From Candidatus Zhuqueibacterota bacterium (GTDB lineage: Bacteria; Zhuqueibacterota; Zhuqueibacteria; Thermofontimicrobiales; Thermofontimicrobiaceae), in contig JBMOPW010000034.1 of the NCBI GenBank assembly GCA_049322915.1, positions 520,567 to 584,566 of the forward strand: a stretch of 64,000 bases of DNA, read 5' to 3'. Below, in pieces: positions 30,228 to 41,053 of this stretch (position 1 is its first letter; each line of letters starts with the position of its first letter). The notes beneath the pieces are model-generated. The model searched no databases, was not told where the DNA came from, and saw only the letters and a list, made by a program, of their open reading frames with translations. The position numbers and the translations under genes are program-made.

Positions 30228-30268
30228 AAAAAAACCTCCCGGGATTGCATCCTCGGGAGGTTTTTTTT
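30228..30268. terminator. Bidirectional intrinsic terminator
   Basis: A7-cctcccg...cgggagg-T8 between convergent genes. Confidence 0.85.
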
Positions 30269-30289
30269 CAGGCAGATATTTGTAAAAAA

Positions 30290-31624
30290 TTATTGGCCGG
30301 CTATGGTCATTTCAGCGATTTTAATGGTCGGCCCGGCAATGGAACTGTTGAACCGCAGATCGTTCCCGATCATCTCGATGTTTTTCAGCATGGTCGCCAA
30401 ATTCCCAGAGATTGTAATTTCAGCAACCGGATAAGCGATTTCTCCATTTTCGATCCACATGCCAAAGGCGCCACGGGAAAAATCGCCGGTGACCGGATTG
30501 GTCCCCTGCCCCATGGTGCTCGTGAGCAGTAAGCCATTCTGCACCGACCGAATGATGTCCTGCTGCGAAAAAGCGCCCTTTTCCAGATAGAAATTATTCG
30601 CCCCGGAAGCGTTGCCCGTCGATTTCATGTCGAGCTTGCGCCCGGCATAGGTATCGGTCAGGTAGGTTTTCAACACGCCATTTTCCACCACGACATTCTT
30701 CCGAACGGGCACACCTTCGCCATCGTAGGGACGAGTCCCCGGCGCGCCGGGCATCAGCCCATCATCGACGACTGTAATGAAATCATTGGCGATTTTCTCC
30801 CCTATTTTTCCAACGAGGAATGACTGCTTCATGTAGATGGCGTTGCCATTCAGACACTGGTACAGGAACGACAGGATGCTGCGCGCCATTTTCGGCTCCA
30901 GCACCACCGGGACATTTTGAGTCTTCACTTTTTTAGCGCCGATCAAACGGGTGACGCGATGGACAGCCATTTCAGCAATCTGCTCCGGCGTCCAGAGCTT
31001 TCCAAAATAGCAATTGCTCTCGGACCAGCCATCTTCCACCTTTTCGTCGCCCTGCCCGGCCTGCAAGTACACGCTCAAGCCGGCAGTTGTGCGGCGATAC
31101 GATCCGCTGAAGCCATTGGAATTCACCAGGATGGACAATCCGGCGTAATCGCCGAAGCTGGCACCGTAGGAATTTGTGATCCGCTGATCCTTCAGGCATA
31201 TCTCTTCCAGCCTCTTTGCCAGCGCAATTTTTGATTCGGGTTTTACTTCGGCCAGGGAAGGATCGTAAATATTCAATTTGTCCGAATCGACAATCGCCAT
31301 GTCCTTTTCATATTCAGGAAGACCAGCAAAAGGATCCGCGCTGGAATTTTCTGCGCGCCTGATGGCATTGTCTACCAGCCGATGCAGCGTCTCCGCGTCA
31401 AAATCAGAGCTGCCAGCCGTAGCGGTCTTCTTGTCTTTGATGATGCGGATTGCAAGTGATTTGGAGCCGGCTTCCACCAGCTTTTCAATTTGACCGTTTC
31501 GAACATCAACTGAAAATTCCGTGCCCTGTCCCAGACTGACTTCCGCCTCATCCGCGCCCTGCTTTTTCGCGTACGCCACCAGAGATTCCGCGAGACCAGT
31601 TAATTCATTCTTTTCCCGATTCAT
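30290..31624 (-). CDS. pmbA: TldE/PmbA family protein
   Basis: GADEAEV, PYDGEGVP, STGNA, NPVTGDFS.GA.G.WIENGEIAYPV.EITISGN; ATGA overlap with tldD. Confidence 0.88.
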   Translation of the reverse strand: MNREKNELTGLAESLVAYAKKQGADEAEVSLGQGTEFSVDVRNGQIEKLVEAGSKSLAIRIIKDKKTATAGSSDFDAETLHRLVDNAIRRAENSSADPFAGLPEYEKDMAIVDSDKLNIYDPSLAEVKPESKIALAKRLEEICLKDQRITNSYGASFGDYAGLSILVNSNGFSGSYRRTTAGLSVYLQAGQGDEKVEDGWSESNCYFGKLWTPEQIAEMAVHRVTRLIGAKKVKTQNVPVVLEPKMARSILSFLYQCLNGNAIYMKQSFLVGKIGEKIANDFITVVDDGLMPGAPGTRPYDGEGVPVRKNVVVENGVLKTYLTDTYAGRKLDMKSTGNASGANNFYLEKGAFSQQDIIRSVQNGLLLTSTMGQGTNPVTGDFSRGAFGMWIENGEIAYPVAEITISGNLATMLKNIEMIGNDLRFNSSIAGPTIKIAEMTIAGQ

Positions 31625-33147
31625 TTTCTCCCTCCTACAGTCATTCGTTCTATCTTCAATGTCGGTGTGCCAGCAGTCACCGGGACGGATTGACCCTCTT
31701 TGCCGCATGTTCCCAGAAAATATCCCATATCATTTCCGACCATAGTAATATTTTCCAGAATCTGCACATTGGTTCCAATCAACGTGGCGTTCTTGACCGG
31801 CCGCGTCAATTTGCCATCCTCGATTAAATAGCCCAGGTTGACGGAGAAAACGAATTTGCCGGTATCTTCCACCTGACCACCCTGGTAGGTCTTCGCGTAA
31901 AAACCATTCCTCACGGACGCGATGATTTCATCTGGTTCGCTATTGCCCGGGGCTAAAACCGTATTGGTCATGCGCGGAATAGGGTTGTAATAAAAGGACT
32001 CCCGGCGACCGTTGCCGGTCTGTTTCATTTTCATGATTCTGGCTGATAGCCGATCCTGGATATAGCCGACCAATTTTCCATTCTCCACCAGCATGGTTTT
32101 CTGAGTTGGGCAGCCCTCGTCGTCAATATTGAGCGAGCCGCGATAGTGCGGAATTGTCGCGTCTTCATAAATGGTGACAAGATCAGTGGCGACCTTTTTT
32201 CCCAATTTGTCGGACATGATGGAGGTGCCTTTGCGATTGCCATCGGCTTCTAATGGATGGCCGACCGCTTCATGAATCATCACGCCGCTCTGCCCGACGC
32301 CTAACACCACAGGCTGTTCCCCGGCCAGGGCGTCGCTGGCGCCCAGCAGGATGATGGCCTCTTCCGAAGCGTTCTCGCCGATGATTTTCGGCGTGACAGT
32401 GTTCTGGAAATAATTTAAACCGACGCGCCCACCGCCGCTGTAAAAGCCGGAATTGCGAATGCCGTCTTTTTCCGCCAGCGAAATGGCCGCCAATCGGGTC
32501 TGCGGCCGGACATCGGAAATCATCAGCCCATCGGAATTGGCGATGGTGATATATTCAATCGAATCGCCCAGGATCGCCTGCACTTTGGTGACCCGATTGT
32601 CGTAATGCAATGCCGCATTGTAGGTATCTCTCACTAGCGATAATTTCGCTTGAAAATCCAGTTCGGACATCGTTTTCTCCAGGTCATACACCTGATGCGG
32701 CAATTCCTGTTTCATCAAATTGGCCACAGTCTGATGGCTCGAACTGTTGGCAATTGCGGCTGCGGTCAATGCGGCGCGCTTCATGGATTCGAACGTCAGG
32801 TCATTGGTGTAGCCATAGCCGGTCTTCTCGCCTGAAAGCACGCGCACGCCAACGCCGACTGAGATATCCTCTGTCGACTCTTTGATAATATCCTCTTCCA
32901 TTCTCACGGAAGTGGATAATTTGTATTGAAAATACAACTCAGAAAAATCACCGCCGCCAGAAAGCCCCAGTTTCAGCACATCCTGAATGAGCTTATTGGT
33001 GATGCCAAATCGTTTTTCAAAGAACGATTGTGCGCCATCAGGAATTTTGCCGGCCATGAGCACATCATACCAAAATGGAGTAACCGCGGTAATAGCCAGC
33101 CCTGTGCCACTCTTCATTAAAAACTCCCTTCTGCTAATTGGATGCAA
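31621..33147 (-). CDS. tldD: TldD metalloprotease with Tat-like N-terminus
   Basis: HEAVGHPLEAD, DDEG, TGNGRRE, PRMTNT, CGKEGQSVPV; ISRREFL; probable TTG start after GGAGG. Confidence 0.88.
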   Translation of the reverse strand: MHPISRREFLMKSGTGLAITAVTPFWYDVLMAGKIPDGAQSFFEKRFGITNKLIQDVLKLGLSGGGDFSELYFQYKLSTSVRMEEDIIKESTEDISVGVGVRVLSGEKTGYGYTNDLTFESMKRAALTAAAIANSSSHQTVANLMKQELPHQVYDLEKTMSELDFQAKLSLVRDTYNAALHYDNRVTKVQAILGDSIEYITIANSDGLMISDVRPQTRLAAISLAEKDGIRNSGFYSGGGRVGLNYFQNTVTPKIIGENASEEAIILLGASDALAGEQPVVLGVGQSGVMIHEAVGHPLEADGNRKGTSIMSDKLGKKVATDLVTIYEDATIPHYRGSLNIDDEGCPTQKTMLVENGKLVGYIQDRLSARIMKMKQTGNGRRESFYYNPIPRMTNTVLAPGNSEPDEIIASVRNGFYAKTYQGGQVEDTGKFVFSVNLGYLIEDGKLTRPVKNATLIGTNVQILENITMVGNDMGYFLGTCGKEGQSVPVTAGTPTLKIERMTVGGRK

Positions 33148-33488
33148 AGCGCCTCCCACTATTTGGTTAAATGTAAGTTTATGAGTTCGTCGCTGGTGGG
33201 TGACGGCAACTCTTCGCTGCAACGAGTTGGATGCGGAACCTGATGATCCTCATTTTTCATGCAGCGAAAGTCGTCCGTGGTCCGGCCTGTCCAGGAGGTT
33301 CCATTTCCAAAATTCACAGCGACAGAAATATATTGTCACTTTCAGACAAGGCCAGAACCGGTTCATTGCACCACACCAGGAGAAATTGATTGCTTGTTGT
33401 TAAACGTTATTACTCTCCTGAAGTTGCGAAATAGTTATAACGCCAAAAACAGGAGCGGTGAGCTTTTCGATATGCACGGGACAGCAAT

Positions 33489-34121
33489 TCAAAATCCTTC
33501 GTAGAAAAAATGTCCCAATCCGACGGTGAAAATGTAGCTGCCGTAGAGCGCATGTTCCAGACTCACCAGGAACAGGGATTTCGATGAGTGAAATGTCCGC
33601 GAAAACAACAGCCCGCCCACCAGGCTCAATACCACGGCGTACCAATTGTCGTACATAATGTGCAGCAATGAAAAGACGACCGCGCTGACCAGAATTTGCC
33701 GGGTCGGGCTTGTGAAAAGAGACTGATAGCGATGAAACAGGAATGCCCGATAAATGAATTCCTGAGGCAACGCTGAAAGCAAGGGATAAAATACCATCAC
33801 AATGACCCAGATGACAGGCCGAGTTTTTGGAAATAGAAACAGCAATTCCGGAAAAAAGAAATAGGTGAAAGCGGTCAATGCGATTGCGACGAGATGGAAC
33901 CGAATCACCGTTTTGGGAATCGCTGCCCGGGCGTACTGATAATTCCACAGCACCGTGCGATCGAAGCGTTTATCCTTCAGCAACGCGACGACACAAAACG
34001 TTGTCAGAAAAACCAGGGTGGGAATTTTGGGCAGGCTCACCCATTCAAAATAAAAGACAAGCGGAATTCCAACGAAGATCAGAATGAATTCAACAGCGAG
34101 AGCGAGTGTGGTTTTTTTCAT
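33489..34121 (-). CDS. CPBP (CAAX/Abi) family intramembrane protease
   Basis: QEFIYR, FSLLH and SLEHALY motifs in a polytopic membrane protein. Confidence 0.8.
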   Translation of the reverse strand: MKKTTLALAVEFILIFVGIPLVFYFEWVSLPKIPTLVFLTTFCVVALLKDKRFDRTVLWNYQYARAAIPKTVIRFHLVAIALTAFTYFFFPELLFLFPKTRPVIWVIVMVFYPLLSALPQEFIYRAFLFHRYQSLFTSPTRQILVSAVVFSLLHIMYDNWYAVVLSLVGGLLFSRTFHSSKSLFLVSLEHALYGSYIFTVGLGHFFYEGF

Positions 34122-34145
34122 AGGCTGTGCGTTAATTTTCAGATA

Positions 34146-35171
34146 TCAGGCGCCAATATTTTTCTGTAATTTCATCCGATCTTCCGGCGTGGTCATGACG
34201 ATGATTTTGTCGTTGGATTTGATCTTGCGACTCTGGGGCGGATTATAGATCCAATCAGATTCTTCAATCAACGCAAGCAGCAGCGTGTTCGGATAGTTTT
34301 CAATTTTGAGCGAAGACAAGGCCTTGCCGTTGAAGCTGCGATTGATGGTCACCTCTTCAATCCGCAGATTCTTGTCTTTGTCCCGGAGCATAATATCCAG
34401 AAAAGAGACCACCGCCGGCCGAAACATCTCCGAGGCCATCCGAAGAGCGCCAATATAATCCGGTGAAATAACGGCGTCGGCGCCGGCCTTTTTGACCTTT
34501 TCAACGTTATTCAATTCTTTGCATCGGGCGACTACTTTCACCTCGGGATTCAACTGCTTTGCAGTCAGCGCAATGACCAGATTTTGATTGTCATCCCCGG
34601 TCACGGCAAAAATCCCTTCAGCATTCGCGATACCGGCTTTGATCAGAATGTTGTTGTCCGTGGCATCGCCATGAATGACCACCCGGTCCTTCAGAATATC
34701 CATTCGTTTTTCAATAGCAGCTTTATCGTTATCAATAATAATTTGGCTCCGATTGGTATCGATGATCTCCTTCAGAATATGTCGCCCAACTTTCCCGACG
34801 CCGCAGACAATAAAATGACCTTTCATACTTCGCGCCCTCTTTTCCATCTTGTTCCTCCTGAAGGTTTCTTTCATCTGACCTTCAACAATGAATGCTGTAA
34901 AATTGGATAAAAAATACGTGAGAATTCCGATGCCTGAAAACGCGATGAACATAGTGAAAACGCGCCCCTCCGGGTGATGGGAGAGGTCGACGATTTCGCC
35001 GAATCCAATCGTGGAAATGGTGATCATCGTCATGTAAAGGCAATCGATAAGCGAATACTGGTCGCCGCCAATGATGTGATAACCCGTGGTGCCAATCGTC
35101 AGGACAAGTATGAAGAATAATCCGGACCAGAGAAATTTTTTAATGATCTGAGTGAAAATACTGTTGCCCAT
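34146..35171 (-). CDS. Potassium channel with RCK (TrkA-N/C) domains
   Basis: Two TM helices plus pore TISTIGFGE; CGVGKVG, GDAT, GAD.VISP. Confidence 0.88.
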   Translation of the reverse strand: MGNSIFTQIIKKFLWSGLFFILVLTIGTTGYHIIGGDQYSLIDCLYMTMITISTIGFGEIVDLSHHPEGRVFTMFIAFSGIGILTYFLSNFTAFIVEGQMKETFRRNKMEKRARSMKGHFIVCGVGKVGRHILKEIIDTNRSQIIIDNDKAAIEKRMDILKDRVVIHGDATDNNILIKAGIANAEGIFAVTGDDNQNLVIALTAKQLNPEVKVVARCKELNNVEKVKKAGADAVISPDYIGALRMASEMFRPAVVSFLDIMLRDKDKNLRIEEVTINRSFNGKALSSLKIENYPNTLLLALIEESDWIYNPPQSRKIKSNDKIIVMTTPEDRMKLQKNIGA

Positions 35172-35186
35172 AGAGTCAACGTCTGG

Positions 35187-36239
35187 TTAATATGCGTGCG
35201 AAGCGAATTGCTTCCGATGCCAGAGACCGTATTTCAGCGCCTCGTCCAGGAATGCTTCGATGTTTTCCAATGGCGTGCCGCTGACAATTCCGTTGCCGGC
35301 AGCCAGGCACATTCCGCCTTCCGGCGAGTCAAAAGTGTCAATTAGAAAACGCACTTCCTCCCGCACCTGTTCCGGTTTTTTTTCAACCAATGTATGTTGC
35401 ACGTCGAATCCAGCCAAAAACGTGATGCGGTGGCCGAACTCGCGCATCACCCGGGTTTCATCCATGGCGCCTTTCTGAACCGGGTGAAAGACATCCACAC
35501 CGGTTTCGATCAGAGACGGCAACAGCGGCGTATTGTTGCCGCAACTGTGCAGCCACCAGTGCATGCCATGTTTGTGGATGAGCTTGCCCAGGCGCGCGTA
35601 ATACGGTTTGATGAATTCATCAAATATTTCCGGCTTCATCATCGGCTGAGTCTGATGGCCCAAATCATCGCTCGTGAAAAAGCCATCCGGCGAAAATTCC
35701 CTCACCGCTCGGTTCAAATAGCCGGTATAAACTTTCAGGAGCGCCTCGTGCAAGCGGTGGATATTCTCCGGAGCAATGTAATAGTCCATGAGCAGATTTT
35801 CCATGCCGCGCAATCCCCAGGGCCGCTCGAAGAATAACCGCCACCAGGCGACCAGCATGTACAGATTATCATGTCGGATTTTCTCGGCTGAAGCGCGAAG
35901 CGCATTGAATTGCGGGTCACGCTCCGGATCGGGCAATTTTTCGATAAATTCATCCAGCTTGGCCCAATCGTCGATCACCCACTGACTGTCGCGGGCGCCG
36001 TCAGTCTTCATTTTCCAGGTCAGTCCCATGTCTTCGATTTTCAGAGGTTGCAGCCAGAGAAAACCGATGTCCTCGGGAAAGGTATCGAATGTCTTTAATT
36101 TGGCGCCGTATTGCTCGACAAGACCTTCGCCCCACCATTTCGCCAGCACAAGCGGGATGCGCGAGGGCCGTTTCCGTTCAATTGCTTTGACCACTTCTTC
36201 CCGATTCAGCGGATTCCATGCCTTCCATGCATCGTTCAT
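35187..36239 (-). CDS. Uroporphyrinogen decarboxylase / methyltransferase (URO-D fold) family protein
   Basis: LRGMENLLMD, SDDLG, HSCG, GVDVFHPVQ, TPLENI. Confidence 0.8.
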   Translation of the reverse strand: MNDAWKAWNPLNREEVVKAIERKRPSRIPLVLAKWWGEGLVEQYGAKLKTFDTFPEDIGFLWLQPLKIEDMGLTWKMKTDGARDSQWVIDDWAKLDEFIEKLPDPERDPQFNALRASAEKIRHDNLYMLVAWWRLFFERPWGLRGMENLLMDYYIAPENIHRLHEALLKVYTGYLNRAVREFSPDGFFTSDDLGHQTQPMMKPEIFDEFIKPYYARLGKLIHKHGMHWWLHSCGNNTPLLPSLIETGVDVFHPVQKGAMDETRVMREFGHRITFLAGFDVQHTLVEKKPEQVREEVRFLIDTFDSPEGGMCLAAGNGIVSGTPLENIEAFLDEALKYGLWHRKQFASHAY

Positions 36240-36434
36240 TGTTACTCCGTTTCCTGAAATTAAATGATGAAAAAAAAGCCCTGTTTACTGGAAGTCTACA
36301 CATCGGACTGGAACAATCCCAGCTACACAGGGCTAAAGGTGTTCGTGTGAATCAAAGGTGAAAAAGCCTGCTTCATCGCTCCCGAAGGAAGTTGATTACT
36401 ACCATGAGCCAGGCAGACACCCGGGGTTGGTCAA

Positions 36435-37103
36435 TTAAAGCGTTGACAGAAGTTCCTTGCTCTCCGCGGTCAGTTTCTCAAGTTCCGGCATGACCTCGGT
36501 AATCATGGTATCAATTTCCTGAAATGTCTGATAGATCGTCTCGTCCACAACATTCAGCGTGTAATTAATCTCCAGCGCCTTCACCGTATCAGTCACTTTC
36601 ACGACTCCCACGTTCAACACGCTGATTTTGCTTTCGGTATCCCGCAGTCGCAGGTAATACTTGTTTCGGTGCTTTTGCATCCGTCGCAAAGAAGCCGACC
36701 GCAGTTCCGGATCGGTTATGGAATTCGCCGTTGTTTCAATTTCACTGTAAAATTCGTCAGCGCCCTTCACAAGTTCGTCGTACCTCACTCTGAGCTTATC
36801 GATTTCCTTCTCGACGTATTCCCATCTGTCGTACACCTTGCCAAATTCAGCGTATTTATCTCTCGCAACACGGATCGCTTCTTTGAAGTTCATCAGTGAA
36901 TTCTTACCCTCTTCAAAGACTTGTTCCATGTTGCTGCGCTGCCAGTCATAATTGTCAATGACTTTTTTGAACGTTGTACGTACGTCGGCCATGGAACTGG
37001 TTGACTCAATCCGATCTCCATTTCCAATGATTATCATGAGCAGAATCATGATACCGAAAATCGTTAATGCAAATTTGCTTGACTTGTTGTTCATGGCGCC
37101 CAT
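36435..37103 (-). CDS. Hypothetical membrane-anchored or secreted helical protein
   Basis: N-terminal hydrophobic helix followed by a long amphipathic helical region. Confidence 0.6.
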   Translation of the reverse strand: MGAMNNKSSKFALTIFGIMILLMIIIGNGDRIESTSSMADVRTTFKKVIDNYDWQRSNMEQVFEEGKNSLMNFKEAIRVARDKYAEFGKVYDRWEYVEKEIDKLRVRYDELVKGADEFYSEIETTANSITDPELRSASLRRMQKHRNKYYLRLRDTESKISVLNVGVVKVTDTVKALEINYTLNVVDETIYQTFQEIDTMITEVMPELEKLTAESKELLSTL

Positions 37104-37308
37104 CCCTTCTTTGAAAAATAACTTCTTGCAGGAATTAGACCTTAAAGTGAGTTTAGTCGCACCTCCTGATTTTTCTGTTTATTATTCGCAATTCAAAAAA
37201 TTGATTTAACAATATCTACTATTAATTTGACTTGGCAAATTTAGATTTTTTGTTTTTAAAAGTCAATGCGAATCGGATATATTACAAAAAAATATAATAT
37301 CGGGCTGG

Positions 37309-38184
37309 CTACGCATGCGTTGTTGTCAGCGCTTCGACCAGCAAATTGCCGCAGATTTCCTTTCGATAGACCTCAGTCGATCGGATATCCGATATTGGAC
37401 TGATCTCTTGCATCAGGCTGAACCGCGCGCTGGCCAGAATCGAATCTGATAATTTGTGGCCGACGAGCATCTGTTCTGTTGCGCAGGCGCGTTTAATCTG
37501 CGGCGAAACGCTTCCCGGCGAAATCCGAATGCCTTTCAACACCCCATCTTTCATCCAACCCAGCACAGCCAGCGAAACCTTGCTGATGGCCATCACTTTG
37601 CGCTGCCCAACTTTGCGAAAATACCAGAACAGCCCATCTGCATCCGGGAACGGCAGAAAAATGGACGCAATATAGCGTCCCTGTGTCAGACATGTTTGGC
37701 CGGGACCCAGCATCAGGTCTGCCAGTTTGTGAATTTCATACGTAGCGTCAACGGCCGGGCCGAGCCAGATTTCCGCATCCAGAACGTCCAGCACCGGCAG
37801 GCTGTCCCCGGCCGGGGACGCGTTGGCCAGATTCCCCCCAAGTGTTGCCCGATTCTGGATTTGAATTGAACCAATCTGCCGGCACGCCTCGGTGAGAATG
37901 GGAAACCGCTGGCGAATGACCGGGTGCGACGTAATATCCGCAATGGGAACAGCAGCACCGATTCGGACGCCGGCTCGCTCGACATTTATTTCAGATGCTA
38001 ATTCCGGAATGCCGGTTAAATCCACGAGGCAGGCGGAGGACGAATAAAAGGATGGCTGAACCATCAAATCCGTGGCGCCGGCAACGAATACTTTTTCCGA
38101 TTTGTCCTGGTTCAAAAACGCGTCCAGTTCTGCAATGGTCTTCGGGCGAATGAACGGCGTGGTCATATTATCGCTCGCACTCAT
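37309..38184 (-). CDS. Xanthine-dehydrogenase-family FAD-binding subunit (set 2)
   Basis: AGATDL, IGS.QIQNRATLGGNLANASPAGD, PISDIRST..YR. Confidence 0.88.
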   Translation of the reverse strand: MSASDNMTTPFIRPKTIAELDAFLNQDKSEKVFVAGATDLMVQPSFYSSSACLVDLTGIPELASEINVERAGVRIGAAVPIADITSHPVIRQRFPILTEACRQIGSIQIQNRATLGGNLANASPAGDSLPVLDVLDAEIWLGPAVDATYEIHKLADLMLGPGQTCLTQGRYIASIFLPFPDADGLFWYFRKVGQRKVMAISKVSLAVLGWMKDGVLKGIRISPGSVSPQIKRACATEQMLVGHKLSDSILASARFSLMQEISPISDIRSTEVYRKEICGNLLVEALTTTHA

Positions 38185-38698
38185 GTTTCCATTCCTCGCG
38201 AATCGTTTCAACAGCGGCTGTATCAGCCAGCAATTTTTCCACGGCAGTGAGTATTTTTTCGTAGCCGGTGCAGCGGCACAGATTTCCACCGAGATGGGTC
38301 GGTAACTCCTCGGCGGCAAGCTGCCGATTTTCCTTCAGCACATCGAACGTTGCGACGATAAAACCAGGCGTACAAAATCCGCACTGCACCGCGCCGTGTT
38401 CCAGGAACGCCCGCTCGACCGTCGCGAATTCTGCCAATTCGCGCAGCCCTTCAATCGTGACAATGTGCGCGCCCGGTAACTGAATTGCCGGGACGAGACA
38501 GGCATTCACGCGCCGCCCATTGAGCAACACCGTGCATGCGCCGCATTCCCCCTGGCCGCAGCCCTCCTTTGCGCCGGTCAGATTTAAATCCTCCCGCAAA
38601 ATATCCAGCAATCGCCGTTTGGGAGAAACATCGAGGTGCACGCTCGTTTTATTCACAAAAAATTCAATATCCATGAAACGCTCCATCTGTTGGTTCAT
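38168..38698 (-). CDS. Xanthine-dehydrogenase-family [2Fe-2S] subunit (set 2)
   Basis: GCGQGECGACTV, QCGFCTPG, GNLCRCTGY. Confidence 0.9.
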   Translation of the reverse strand: MNQQMERFMDIEFFVNKTSVHLDVSPKRRLLDILREDLNLTGAKEGCGQGECGACTVLLNGRRVNACLVPAIQLPGAHIVTIEGLRELAEFATVERAFLEHGAVQCGFCTPGFIVATFDVLKENRQLAAEELPTHLGGNLCRCTGYEKILTAVEKLLADTAAVETIREEWKHECER

Positions 38699-38769
38699 TC
38701 CGGCTCTGACGCCATCCTCCTCTCCGACGCCCGGGATGGCTGCATCATCGCTCTCCGCGCCAACCAGGA

Positions 38770-41043
38770 TCAGGCGATCCCTTTCACCCGGGCCAGCACT
38801 TCTTCCGGCAGTATGGGGATTTTATAGAATTCCACACCGAAAATCATCCACAATGCAGAGACAATCGCCGGGGCAACGCCCACCACCGGCAACTCGCCCA
38901 GACCTTTGGCGCCAAAGGGGCCGAACGGATAGGGATTCTCCAAAATCTTCACGTGGAATTGCGGCATCTCCGTGAGCGCCGGAATGATGTAATCGCTAAA
39001 CCCGCTGACGCCAAATTTCCCATCTGCCATCTTCACATCTTCGAGCAGCGCATACCCGATGCCCTGAAGAGAGCCACCCTCGATTTGCGCGACGGACTGG
39101 TCATGGTTAATCGCCTTTCCAATATCGTGCGTTGTGTAATAATGGGTCACCGCCATTTCGAACGTGAGCGGATCGACCTCAATTTCGGCAACAGCCGCAG
39201 CCCAGGAATAGACTGGATAGGCGTCGCCTTTCCAGGTCACCTCATCGAAACGAATGATCTCCGGGTGGTGGTATTGTTTTTCAACCGAAAGGCCGGCCGA
39301 CTTTTTGGCAACATCCTGAAACGGAATGATTTTCCCATTGCCATAAAAATAGCCCTGCCGGTATTCAAACGCACTCTGCTCGTCCCGCTCCAGTGTGGCG
39401 TTGAGCAATCGCAGTAGTTCCGCGGCGGCGTCAACCAGCAGGCTGCCGACGACCATGGTGCTGCGCGAAGCAACCGTCGGCCCGGAATCCGGCACGTTGT
39501 CGGTATTCACGTCCGCAAGGCGCACTTCATCCCGATCGATGAACAAGGCCCCGGCAACGATATTTTGAAATGCGGTGTTCTTCCCCTGCCCCATCTCTGT
39601 CTGCGACGAGTAGATCACCGGCTGGCCCTGTTGATTCAGCTCCAGCCGGATTTTGCCCTGAATTTTGTTCTCCCCGGTTCCTGTGAATCCGGCTCCGTGA
39701 AGGAACGCCGATACGCCAATGCCTTTCAGTTTACGCGCACTATCGAAAATCCTGCCCTGCTTCATAGCGGCGAGAATGGGTTCATTCGATCGTTTGTGCG
39801 CGTCGCGTTTCCTTTCAAAATTGCTCATCGCCAGCGTTTCTTCGAACGTCGCTCGGGCGGAGACGCTGTACGTGAGGACCTGGCCTGTGCTAGTGGTCTG
39901 CATCGGGCCGATCAGATTGACGCGACGGACATGCTCCGGGGGCAGGTTCAATTCGCGCGCGATTTTCTCCATCACCATCTCAATCGCGAAAACTGCCTGA
40001 GGCCCGCCGAAGCCGCGGAATGCGCCGCTGGGGACCGTATTCGTGGCAACAGCCCTGGCGTGTATTCGGACGTTGGGCGCGTAATAACAGCCCGTGACCG
40101 TCAATGCAGCGCGCGCCAGCACCACCTGTGAAAGCGTGCAATAAGCGCCGCCATCCAGGTACAGCGACAAATCCAATCCCAGCAATGTCCCATCCTTGCG
40201 GACATGAACCTTTGCTCGAAAATAGGAAGGATGTCGTTTCGGCGTGACATTGAGATCTTCTTCGCGGCTATGAATGATGGCGACAGGGTGGCCACACTTC
40301 ACCGCCAACAGCGCCGCATGCCCGGCGATGAGCGACGGGTAATCCTCTTTGCCGCCAAATGCGCCGCCGGTGGGCGACTGGATCACGGTGATGTGCCGCT
40401 TGCCTTCGAACATCTGCGAGACTGCATTCTTCACATAATAGGGACATTGCATGGAGCCGCGAATGATAACGCGGTGTTGCTCCGGTATGGCCACGACGCC
40501 CTGGGGTTCCAGATATAACTGCTCCTGGAAACCGGTCTCGACTTCGATGGTCAGGGTCTTATCTGACCGGGATTCTGCCAATGACAGATCCCCCTTTTCG
40601 ATCAGAATTTCTTTGAAAACATTGTCCCTGCCGTAGATTTTCACCGGCGAATTTTCCGACGCCCGCATGTCGAAAATCGCCGGCAGCGGCTCATAGGACA
40701 CTTTCAGGCGCGACATCGCTTCGGCCAGCAGCGCTTTATCCGGCGCCGCAATCAACGCCACCGGCTCTCCGACATAACGGACAATGGTCTCCGCCAAAAA
40801 CGGCATGTCTTTCTCCAGCATGGCCACACAATTCCAGGGGATATCGCTGGCCGTGACCACAGCGACGCTGCCCCAATCGAATCGGTCGTCGAAGGTGATC
40901 CCTGTGATTTTCGCATGGGGAAAGGGACTCCGAACCGTCCCGGCGACCCACAATCCGGGAATTTTTTCATCGGCGATGTAGCGGGTTTCTCCCCGAATTT
41001 TTTCAGCAGCATCCACGCGGATATCGTTTAACTGGACAGCCAT
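38770..41043 (-). CDS. Xanthine-dehydrogenase-family molybdopterin-binding subunit (set 2)
   Basis: GGAFGGK, KRHP, AFRGFGGPQ, EMGQG, DSGPTVASR, GAKGLGE. Confidence 0.9.
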   Translation of the reverse strand: MAVQLNDIRVDAAEKIRGETRYIADEKIPGLWVAGTVRSPFPHAKITGITFDDRFDWGSVAVVTASDIPWNCVAMLEKDMPFLAETIVRYVGEPVALIAAPDKALLAEAMSRLKVSYEPLPAIFDMRASENSPVKIYGRDNVFKEILIEKGDLSLAESRSDKTLTIEVETGFQEQLYLEPQGVVAIPEQHRVIIRGSMQCPYYVKNAVSQMFEGKRHITVIQSPTGGAFGGKEDYPSLIAGHAALLAVKCGHPVAIIHSREEDLNVTPKRHPSYFRAKVHVRKDGTLLGLDLSLYLDGGAYCTLSQVVLARAALTVTGCYYAPNVRIHARAVATNTVPSGAFRGFGGPQAVFAIEMVMEKIARELNLPPEHVRRVNLIGPMQTTSTGQVLTYSVSARATFEETLAMSNFERKRDAHKRSNEPILAAMKQGRIFDSARKLKGIGVSAFLHGAGFTGTGENKIQGKIRLELNQQGQPVIYSSQTEMGQGKNTAFQNIVAGALFIDRDEVRLADVNTDNVPDSGPTVASRSTMVVGSLLVDAAAELLRLLNATLERDEQSAFEYRQGYFYGNGKIIPFQDVAKKSAGLSVEKQYHHPEIIRFDEVTWKGDAYPVYSWAAAVAEIEVDPLTFEMAVTHYYTTHDIGKAINHDQSVAQIEGGSLQGIGYALLEDVKMADGKFGVSGFSDYIIPALTEMPQFHVKILENPYPFGPFGAKGLGELPVVGVAPAIVSALWMIFGVEFYKIPILPEEVLARVKGIA

Positions 41044-41053
41044 AACTCGCCTT

